Notes under the pieces: generated by a model
Database searches by the model: none
What the model was told of the DNA's origin: nothing
What the model saw: the letters and a program-made list of their open reading frames with translations, nothing else
NCBI GenBank assembly: GCA_964621445.1
Contig: CAZUNO010000028.1
Coordinates: forward strand, 1 to 32,655
Source: Candidatus Hadarchaeota archaeon
GTDB lineage: Archaea > CAYQAE01 > CAYVLA01
DNA length: 32,655 bases
Direction: 5' to 3'
Shown here: positions 25,229-32,655 of the stretch, piece after piece
Position numbering within the stretch: the first letter of the stretch is position 1
How the letters are laid out: the number at the start of each line of letters is the position of its first letter
Translations under genes and position numbers: made by a program

Positions 25229-26773
25229 ATGATTTCCCATACAAAGACAAGTTCAGAACAAGTCGATCTGGACCGTCCCAACATCCTTTTCATCCACGCC
25301 GAAAGCATGGATGGTAGAAAGATGGGGTGCATGGGCCACCCCGCGATGAAAAATGCAACTCCAAACCTGGACTCCCTGGCCCATGAAGGGGTAACCTTTG
25401 ACCATGCCTACTCCAACTGTCCAGTTTGCAACCCGTCGCGTGCCAGCATGTGGACAGGAAAATACCCTCACTATTACCACTGTTGGAATAACCATGAGGG
25501 TTTGAAAAGCAATATCCCCACCTTTCGCACCACCTTCGACAGCGCCGGTTACAAAACCGGGGCAATCGGACCGCTGGATTATGCTCACGGCAAGCATTCG
25601 ATCAGGGACCGTATCGGATCCTGGACCCGATCAGCAAAGATTTGGCGCCCCATCAATCGAAACGTGCTCCCCAGGGTAGTCGAAGATGACTCCCCTTACG
25701 CCTCCGACTGGGACCGAACCTACCAGGCAATGGACTGGCTTCGGGAAGCTTCCTCTAGCCGGCGTCCCTTTCTTCTCTATCTGACCACGGGTTTGGTCCA
25801 CCCCTCATTTGTAGCCCACAGGAGACACATGGAACTGATCGATAAGGATCTAATCGAGATACCGCCGGGATTAGGACCTCTGGAGGAGACGAAGCACCCA
25901 GTGGTACGGTATATGCGCGTGACCAAAAACTGCACCAATGAATTTCCCGAGGCTCTGGCCCTTCGGATTAGGCACGTCTACCTGGCAATGATTGCCGCTC
26001 TGGATGAGATGATAGGGCGGGTTGTAAATGCACTCGACGATCTCGGTCTGAGGAACTCCACCTATATCATATTCTCAAGCGACCACGGAGAGATGGCCGC
26101 CGAGCAGAATCAAATACTCAAACGGACCATGTTCGAGCCCTCCATCCATGAACCTCTAATTGTAAGCGGTCCCGGCGTGAAGAGGAATCTTCGTATCCAG
26201 CAACCGGTTTCACTGGTTGACATCTACCCCACCCTCCTCGATATGGGTGGCCTGGATTATGATGATTATGGAGAGCATCCTCAATATCCACAAGCGCTTG
26301 ATGGGCAGTCCCTGATGCCTCTCCTAAAAGGTAAAGATAGTCAGCGGCGAGATTGGGCCTACGCCGAATATAATGGGGACAGGTGCTGTACTGGAACCTT
26401 CATGCTAAGGAGAGGGAAATGGAAGTATATCAAATACATGGGATACCAACCCCAGCTATTCGATCTGGTGGAGGACCCCTGGGAGGATCGTGACCTTGCC
26501 AGGGAGAAGCCGGAGATGGTGGAAGAAATGGATGAAATCCTGTTAAAGAATTTCAATTGTGAATCCATCGATCAAGCTGCCAAGGAGTATGATAGGAGGG
26601 AATTCACGAAATGGAGGGAAGGGGCAAAGAAGGATGGCAGCTATCGAAATACCATGTCCAGGGTATATAGCGGATACGGCCCCCTCTCTATCGAGGATAT
26701 CATGCCCTGGACGGACGAGGAAGAGAAAAAAATCACCGACTGGTTAAACCAGATGCCTGAAAAAGGTAAATAA
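25229..26773 (+). CDS. Cys-type formylglycine sulfatase, arylsulfatase K-like
   Basis: PNILFI, CNPSRASMWTG (CxPxR), SSDHGE, SLVDIYPT, WKYI, QLFDL..DPWE; no signal peptide. Confidence 0.92.
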   Translation: MISHTKTSSEQVDLDRPNILFIHAESMDGRKMGCMGHPAMKNATPNLDSLAHEGVTFDHAYSNCPVCNPSRASMWTGKYPHYYHCWNNHEGLKSNIPTFRTTFDSAGYKTGAIGPLDYAHGKHSIRDRIGSWTRSAKIWRPINRNVLPRVVEDDSPYASDWDRTYQAMDWLREASSSRRPFLLYLTTGLVHPSFVAHRRHMELIDKDLIEIPPGLGPLEETKHPVVRYMRVTKNCTNEFPEALALRIRHVYLAMIAALDEMIGRVVNALDDLGLRNSTYIIFSSDHGEMAAEQNQILKRTMFEPSIHEPLIVSGPGVKRNLRIQQPVSLVDIYPTLLDMGGLDYDDYGEHPQYPQALDGQSLMPLLKGKDSQRRDWAYAEYNGDRCCTGTFMLRRGKWKYIKYMGYQPQLFDLVEDPWEDRDLAREKPEMVEEMDEILLKNFNCESIDQAAKEYDRREFTKWREGAKKDGSYRNTMSRVYSGYGPLSIEDIMPWTDEEEKKITDWLNQMPEKGK

Positions 26774-26807
26774 TTCATTTAAGATCTCATAATAATTCAA
26801 CCTCTAA

Positions 26808-27890
26808 ATGAACGCACGACAAAGGTACATCGCGGTAACAAGCTTCAAGGAGCCCGATAGACCCTTTCTCTCCGGTTGGGGTATGTGGCCGGAAACGAGG
26901 TCAAGATGGCTCAATGAAGGTTGGGACGGAACCCCCATCGAGGAAATATTTCCCAGAGATCCCGTTATTCATCTCCGAGTTCCAGGGGGACCATGGCCTC
27001 CTTACGAGAAACAGGTACTTGAGGACACCCCGGAGACCGTGCTATATGTGGATCATGAAGGTATAATCAAACGGGAGTTTAAGGGCGATAGGGGCTGGTC
27101 AAGCATGCCACAGTTTGTGGAGTTTCCCGTTAAGAACAAACGGGACTTCGAAGAGATGGCAAGAACCAAGCTAGCGCCAAAACCGGACCAGAGACTGCCC
27201 AGCGATTGGGATGAGAAGGTGCAAAGATGGAAAGAGAGAGAGGAACCCCTCATGTATTTCATGGATAGATGGGGAGGGTTCTTTGGTCCGTTAAGAAACC
27301 TCATGGGAATAAAGCGCCTTTGCAGGGCCTTTTACGACGATCCCGAATTTGTCGAAAGAATGATGGACCAGAGGATGGAGGTCATTCTCGCGATTCTCAG
27401 GAGGGTTTTGGAGGACGTTGAACTCGATGGGTTCGGGTTTTGGGAGGATATGGGCTATAGGGACGGACCGCTCCTTTCGCCCCGACTTTTCAAAAGATAC
27501 ATGGTTCCAAGGTATAGAAAGATCTGCCGGTTCCTCCGCTCAAAAGGCGTAGACCTGATTTGCGTTGACAGTGACGGGGATGTCAGGAGACTAATCCCGC
27601 TTTGGCTTGAGGCTGGATTAAATGGAGTCTGGCCCCTGGAGGTTCAGGCCCATATGGATGTCTGTCAGCTACGTGAAAGATATGGAAAGAAACTGGTAAT
27701 GTTTGGTGGAATCGACAAGCGGGCGATCGCCTCCGGTAAGGAGCCGATTAAGCGAGAGGTGGACCGAGTTTGGCCTGTAGTGGAGAGCGGCGGCTATATA
27801 CCACATACCGATCACTCCATTCCCCCAGATGTCTCCTGGGATAATTTCAGGTATTACAGGCTATATCTAGCCAAAAAGGCGGGACTATAG
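26808..27890 (+). CDS. Uroporphyrinogen decarboxylase-like (URO-D/MtaA/CmuA superfamily) protein
   Basis: GFFGPLRNLMG, WEDMG...PLLSP, VDSDGD, FGGIDK, GGYIPHTDHSIPPDVSWDNF. Confidence 0.85.
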   Translation: MNARQRYIAVTSFKEPDRPFLSGWGMWPETRSRWLNEGWDGTPIEEIFPRDPVIHLRVPGGPWPPYEKQVLEDTPETVLYVDHEGIIKREFKGDRGWSSMPQFVEFPVKNKRDFEEMARTKLAPKPDQRLPSDWDEKVQRWKEREEPLMYFMDRWGGFFGPLRNLMGIKRLCRAFYDDPEFVERMMDQRMEVILAILRRVLEDVELDGFGFWEDMGYRDGPLLSPRLFKRYMVPRYRKICRFLRSKGVDLICVDSDGDVRRLIPLWLEAGLNGVWPLEVQAHMDVCQLRERYGKKLVMFGGIDKRAIASGKEPIKREVDRVWPVVESGGYIPHTDHSIPPDVSWDNFRYYRLYLAKKAGL

Positions 27891-27963
27891 TCATCTAACT
27901 GCAAAGAGCTCCCAATATGCTTCATTTTAATATACAGCCCCTAATCTTCTCCCGGGGAAGACC

Positions 27964-29292
27964 ATGGCAGGAGACAGAACAGTCCGGGATAGACGGGAGA
28001 TACTCGATCAGGTTGATGGAGACCTGATCCTGGAAAACGCCGCTATCCTCTCCAATAAATCCGATAATACCGTGCATGTGCGTGGAACCACCAGGTGCGA
28101 GGGGGAGTGCACCTTCAATTGTAATCTAGAATCACAAAACCTGCAGGGAAAGAATGCAGATATTCTCTCCGAGGACCTTACGGTCCGCAAATCGATCAGG
28201 ATTAGGAATGGCCGGCTTACGGTGAACGGTTCCTGCTCAGCCTCCTTGGTCGAGGTCGAGGGATCTTTAGAGATACAGGAGGATATGTCCTGTGACACGG
28301 CTAGGATCGGACGCTCTTTGGATGTAGTGGGAAAGACCAGAGCTGGAACCGTGGATATCGGCGGCTCCTACGAGGCTAAATCCGATGCATTCATCGATGA
28401 GCTCAGGATTGGTGGCTCAGCTAATATAGCCGGTGGGCTGAAATCTAAGATTGTGGAGGTCGGCGGAAAGCTTTTCATTTCCGGGGTGCTTTATACCGAG
28501 AAGGTGGAAGTGGGGGGGTCACTGGAAACGCTATCTCCAGTCGACGTGCAGAAATTAGATGTTGGGGGAAAGGTAAGAATTGCTGGAGGCAAGATCAGAG
28601 AAGGGGTCGATGTTGGGGGCATATTCGAGGCATCTGAAAAAATCCAGTTCGGTCGTCTGGATGTCGGTGGAAAGGTGACCTTGAAAGGAGGAAACGGGAA
28701 GCAGATAGATGTCGGCGGATCCCTTACGAGCTCCGATGACCTAAAATTCGACTCCATTGAAGTAGGGGGCACGATCAAAATATCAGGGAATGGCATTGGA
28801 GAGAGGATAGAGGTAGGTGGCACCGTAAAAATTGACGGTGATCTCGATCTCTCCCAGAGTCTGGAGGTTGGGGGAAAGGCGATGATAGAGGGATCTCTGA
28901 AGGCCACGAATATAGAGGTGGGCGGAACTCTGGAGGCCTACAAAATCCAGGCCGTTGGCGATATTCTCACTAGGAATTTGAACACGGAAAAAGGCGCAAG
29001 GGCTGCTTTAATCGAACTCACCGAGAATGGAAACGCCAAAGGCCCTATTATTGCCCGGTCGGTTATCGTTGGTGAGGGAAGCACCGTGGACGATGTCTAC
29101 GCGATGACTATAGAACTAAGGGAGGGCTCCCGGGCTTCCGAACTTCACGGGGGAACCATCAAGTTAAAGGAAGGTAGCTCCGTTTCGGGGATTACCGAAT
29201 ACCGGGATTCCCTTGAAATTGAGGAGAACGTGAAATTCGGGCAAGACCCGGAACAGGTTGAGGAATTGCCCAGATTTCCAGAGAAAGAATAG
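27964..29292 (+). CDS. Bactofilin-like polymer-forming beta-helical repeat protein
   Basis: About 12-13 repeats of [VIL][ED][VI]GG[SKT] with 15-18 aa period; TTTAATAT TATA box upstream. Confidence 0.75.
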   Translation: MAGDRTVRDRREILDQVDGDLILENAAILSNKSDNTVHVRGTTRCEGECTFNCNLESQNLQGKNADILSEDLTVRKSIRIRNGRLTVNGSCSASLVEVEGSLEIQEDMSCDTARIGRSLDVVGKTRAGTVDIGGSYEAKSDAFIDELRIGGSANIAGGLKSKIVEVGGKLFISGVLYTEKVEVGGSLETLSPVDVQKLDVGGKVRIAGGKIREGVDVGGIFEASEKIQFGRLDVGGKVTLKGGNGKQIDVGGSLTSSDDLKFDSIEVGGTIKISGNGIGERIEVGGTVKIDGDLDLSQSLEVGGKAMIEGSLKATNIEVGGTLEAYKIQAVGDILTRNLNTEKGARAALIELTENGNAKGPIIARSVIVGEGSTVDDVYAMTIELREGSRASELHGGTIKLKEGSSVSGITEYRDSLEIEENVKFGQDPEQVEELPRFPEKE

Positions 29293-29318
29293 ATTACCTA
29301 ACCTCACATAACCGAGGG

Positions 29319-30275
29319 TTAAGACTCTAACCATCCCAAATCAAATACGCAGTGCCTTATCTTTTCCCTTTTGTAGGTATAAACCGTGTGTATTAAACCA
29401 TCTGTGGTCTGAATAACGGCCGGATAGGAGTACTCCCCGGGTTCATCCTCCAGCACCTTACGAACCCGCCAGCAATCCCCGTCATCCGACAACCCAACAT
29501 TCAAGGGGTACCTCGAATCCCTGCTATGATTATAGACCATAACCACGCAGCCATCATTCAACTTTACGGCATCTATACCCGAGTTTGGATTTGGTAGCTC
29601 CGTCTTCCTTGCCTCGGACCAGGTCTCCCCATAATCATCCGAATCCGCAATACATATGCTTCCGATCTCCTTTGTAGATCTGAGGAATGCCGTCACTCTA
29701 CCGGTCTCCAACTCTACCACCGTTGGCTGGATAAGACCGCGGTTAACACCCGGATAGGTGATTGGACCGTATCTCTCCCAGCAGCTCCCGTCCAAACTCA
29801 TCTTCTCCACCCAACCCGTCCAGGCCCGGTATGCCTCAACGGAGGTTGGACACAATATCTCCCCGTTTGACATCAAGATCGGTTTATTCTTTATGGGTCC
29901 AAGTATACCCGCGGGAAGGAGCGTCGGTTCAGACCATGAACGGCCATCATCATCGGAGAATACAAAGCCTCCCGACCACGATCTGGGGCTTTCACCAACT
30001 TTGTAGAAGAGCCACATCCTTTCGTCCGGAGCAAGAAAAAGGACCGGATTCCAGCAGGGGACACATTCCTCCGAAACGGCTTCCACGGGGCTCATCCATT
30101 CACCATTAACCTCCCTGCTGATCCAGATGCCAACGTCCTGCGCACCTTCTCTGGTCCCACCGAACCAGGAGGCAACGAGACCGCCTTGGGAATCCTGGAC
30201 TAGTGTCGATGCGTGGCACTGAGCAAAGGGTGCGCTATCGAAGATGAATTCCTTTTCCATCATCATTTCCCTCAT
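29319..30275 (-). CDS. BNR/Asp-box beta-propeller (BNR_2, sialidase-like glycosidase)
   Basis: CHAST, WFGGTREG, WNPVLF, Asp boxes SDDDGRSW and SDDYGETW, GPIKNKP, IQP, PNPNSG, EYSYP; no signal peptide; start may be 30266-30260. Confidence 0.88.
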   Translation of the reverse strand: MREMMMEKEFIFDSAPFAQCHASTLVQDSQGGLVASWFGGTREGAQDVGIWISREVNGEWMSPVEAVSEECVPCWNPVLFLAPDERMWLFYKVGESPRSWSGGFVFSDDDGRSWSEPTLLPAGILGPIKNKPILMSNGEILCPTSVEAYRAWTGWVEKMSLDGSCWERYGPITYPGVNRGLIQPTVVELETGRVTAFLRSTKEIGSICIADSDDYGETWSEARKTELPNPNSGIDAVKLNDGCVVMVYNHSRDSRYPLNVGLSDDGDCWRVRKVLEDEPGEYSYPAVIQTTDGLIHTVYTYKREKIRHCVFDLGWLES

Positions 30276-30369
30276 CAGGGCTGGAGTCCTTAAATATACA
30301 CCCGAAAGATTTGAACCTCAACAACATTATTCTTCTCTTCTAAATCCTAACCAAGGGTGTGAAGAGAAT

Positions 30370-31554
30370 ATGAAAGAGGATGACATCATAGATGGGATAC
30401 TGGATTTGAAAATAGAAACCCCGTCCTGGGCATACGGCAATAGTGGCACCCGTTTTGCTACCTTTCCCTGGCCGGGTGCTGCACGAAATATATGGGAAAA
30501 GATCGATGATGCTTCCTACGTTAACAAAATTACAGGCGCGGCCCCGAGAATTGCATTACATATTCCCTGGGATGCCGTTGATGACTACTCCGAACTAGGC
30601 AATTACGCCCGGGAAAAAGGGTTGGAAATAGGTGCTATCAATCCGAACCTCTTTCAGGACCCGGATTATAAGCTTGGAAGCCTTTGTAACCCGGATCCCG
30701 ATATCAGGAACAAAGCCCTGGATCACGTTACTGACTGTATTGAGATATGCGAGTTAACGGGGGCCGATATACTCAGCCTTTGGTTGGCTGATGGTACAAA
30801 TTATTTTGGCCAGGACGATCTGGTCGCCAGGAGGAATTTTCTAATCGAGGCATTATTCGAGATATATGAGGCCCTTCCGTCAAGGGTTCGAATGCTTATA
30901 GAGTACAAATTTTATGAGCCGTCATTCTACCATACAGACATCCCTGACTGGGGGACCTCACTTCTTCTATCAAGAAAACTCGGAGAAAAAGCCCAGGTCC
31001 TGATCGATACAGGTCACCATCCGCTGGCCACAAATGTTGAACAGATCGTGGCCAATCTTATCGATGAGAGAGCTCTGGGGGGGTTCCACTTCAATAGTCG
31101 AAATTATGGCGATGACGACCTCGTAGTTGGAGCCTCAAATCCGTTCCAGCTCTACAGGATCTTTCATGAAATAGTGGAAGCTGAGCTTTCGAGCGGGGAA
31201 CGTGCCCACTGCGCAGAAAATATAGCCTATATGATTGATCAGAGCCATTGCATTGAGGGAAAGATAGAACCGATGATAAAATCCATAGTAAATTGCCAGA
31301 GATCCAGAGCCAAGGCCCTGCTCACCGACAGGGATCGGCTGCGTGAACTTCAAAGGGAGGGAGATGTCATGGGAGCCCATGAATTTGTAATGGAGAGTTT
31401 TAGGGCCGAAGTCTCCAGTCTGCTGGACAGAGCTCGCCGAAAGCTTGGCATACAGAAGGACCCAATCCGTGTCTACAGGAAGGGCGATTACAGGAGGAGA
31501 ATGACTCGCGAGAGGGGAGTTCACACTGAATCAGAGGGAGGATACCCAGAATAA
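30370..31554 (+). CDS. rhaI: L-rhamnose isomerase (RhaI/xylose-isomerase-like type)
   Basis: IETPSWAYGNSGTRF, ALHIPWD, INPNLFQ, WLADGTNY, EYKFYEP, DTGHH, GGFHFNSR.YGDDDL, DQSH..E.K; start ATG 30370. Confidence 0.92.
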   Translation: MKEDDIIDGILDLKIETPSWAYGNSGTRFATFPWPGAARNIWEKIDDASYVNKITGAAPRIALHIPWDAVDDYSELGNYAREKGLEIGAINPNLFQDPDYKLGSLCNPDPDIRNKALDHVTDCIEICELTGADILSLWLADGTNYFGQDDLVARRNFLIEALFEIYEALPSRVRMLIEYKFYEPSFYHTDIPDWGTSLLLSRKLGEKAQVLIDTGHHPLATNVEQIVANLIDERALGGFHFNSRNYGDDDLVVGASNPFQLYRIFHEIVEAELSSGERAHCAENIAYMIDQSHCIEGKIEPMIKSIVNCQRSRAKALLTDRDRLRELQREGDVMGAHEFVMESFRAEVSSLLDRARRKLGIQKDPIRVYRKGDYRRRMTRERGVHTESEGGYPE

Positions 31555-31603
31555 CTACCATCCTCAAATATCATCATGGCTCAATTTTATCCCGAGCTCC
31601 AAC

Positions 31604-31616
31604 AGAAATTTATACC
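31604..31616 (+). promoter_or_regulatory. BRE/TATA promoter of the last gene
   Basis: AGAAA-TTTATA (TATA 31609-31614), about 27 nt upstream of GTG 31639. Confidence 0.5.
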
Positions 31617-31638
31617 AATTACCACCAAGTGAAACGGA

Positions 31639-32634
31639 GTGCAATCATTCAAATTAGTTCTTATCATTCTGGCCTGCTTGATATTGTCCCCGACAGGTTA
31701 CGGTCGCCAACCCAGAAGGGATCCCTTCTCAGGTAGGATAAGAATTCTCTACTACGGTGATGCCCTGGGCTCCAGCCCCTATCCAACCTTCGTAATAGAC
31801 CCCCTAACCAGCGCGGTGGCTCTAACAGGGATGAGAGGAACCCCAAAACAGATAGATAAGAGGATGAGGATCCTCATGCCTCGGACCTATCAGGATCTTT
31901 TGGACCGATATGATCTAATCATTCTCAGCGATGCAATAGTCAAGAACTTCCGCAGCGAATTCATCGTCTGGTTCCGAGATTCGGTATTGAATGACGGCCT
32001 CGGCCTGTTGATGGTGGGTGGCTATGGCAGCTTCGGGGGCGTTCCCTTTCTGGAATCCAACTGGGGGGAAACGGTGCTCCAGGAGGCGCTCTGCGTGAAT
32101 TGCATCTCCAGGGGATGGGACATGGGAGACCAATCTCCTTCGCAGGCAGGTATCCTGGAGGTGATGGATGAGGATGATGAATTCATGTCTTCACTTCCCT
32201 TCGATAGCATTGGCCGTTATGGGGTATTCCACGGGGCCAACATAGTCGAGCCCAGGCAGTCCTCGAAACTACTCGCCAACTACAGAAAGAGTGGCGGGAA
32301 GGCCTACCCACTTCTGGTTTATGGGGATATGGGAAAGGGTTCATCGGTTGCATTCTGTTCGGATTGGACCCCCTATGGGGGGATCGATTTCATCCGGTGG
32401 TCCTACTATCCTGACTTCGCATTGAACCTGGCACTTTACACCACGGGTAATCCAGTTCCACAGGATATCAATATGGCTCACAGAGCGAGGGAGCTAATGC
32501 AAGATTACACCGGGCTGCTTCAGACCCTTCATAGCGTAATGGAGTTTGTTGAGAGATTCGGCGCGAATCTGGCAAGCGCAGAGGAGTTGCTAATAGATAT
32601 AGACTACAGAGGCTCGGGAGTCGCTCCTCTCTGA
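31639..32634 (+). CDS. Secreted protein with glutamine-amidotransferase-like (GATase1-like/DUF1355-type) domain
   Basis: Signal peptide, RILYYGD, YDLIILSD, GLLMVGGYGSFGG, PLLVYGDMGKGSSVAF..DW; helical C-terminal segment. Confidence 0.7.
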   Translation: MQSFKLVLIILACLILSPTGYGRQPRRDPFSGRIRILYYGDALGSSPYPTFVIDPLTSAVALTGMRGTPKQIDKRMRILMPRTYQDLLDRYDLIILSDAIVKNFRSEFIVWFRDSVLNDGLGLLMVGGYGSFGGVPFLESNWGETVLQEALCVNCISRGWDMGDQSPSQAGILEVMDEDDEFMSSLPFDSIGRYGVFHGANIVEPRQSSKLLANYRKSGGKAYPLLVYGDMGKGSSVAFCSDWTPYGGIDFIRWSYYPDFALNLALYTTGNPVPQDINMAHRARELMQDYTGLLQTLHSVMEFVERFGANLASAEELLIDIDYRGSGVAPL

Positions 32635-32655
32635 CCTTGTTTTCTGATTTGGTGG

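Noticed and set aside
28330-28930. Periodic GTxGGxGG DNA repeats as possible CRISPR or tandem repeat
   Set aside because: Degenerate at third codon positions and variable in spacing; explained by the protein-level VGG repeats.
1-32655. Mobile elements, tRNA/rRNA, CRISPR arrays, defence systems
   Set aside because: No transposase, integrase, terminal inverted repeats, repeat-spacer array or RNA gene was recognisable by eye; a covariance-model scan would be needed to exclude small RNAs.

Overview
Gene-dense archaeal chromosomal segment, probably from an anaerobic heterotroph. Archaeal markers are eS31/S27ae, separate Kae1 and Bud32, an Sm/Lsm protein, AMP phosphorylase with ribose-1,5-bisphosphate isomerase, CofD, a tungsten-type AOR, and BRE/TATA promoters, some probably leaderless. 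I found no tRNA, rRNA, CRISPR array or transposase. The left half is largely housekeeping: purC end, DegT/KdnA-like aminotransferase, glucose dehydrogenase, AMP salvage, KEOPS, cofD, Lsm. The middle holds a secreted glycoside-hydrolase-like glycoprotein, uppP, a decayed alanine dehydrogenase pseudogene and a ferredoxin-AOR-proC operon. The right half is an accessory catabolic region: three tiny unknown ORFs, a nucleoside hydrolase/split-permease/minimal FtsX-like operon, a sulfatase resembling eukaryotic lysosomal arylsulfatase K (ARSK), a URO-D-family protein, a long bactofilin-like beta-helix, a BNR beta-propeller and an L-rhamnose isomerase. The most notable observations are the ARSK-like sulfatase cluster, the AOR-proC coupling, probable non-canonical (ATT/ATC/CTG) start codons, an FtsX-type permease with no extracytoplasmic domain or ATPase, and an orphan EhbK-like polyferredoxin. 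All family assignments come from motif recognition by eye; no database search was run.
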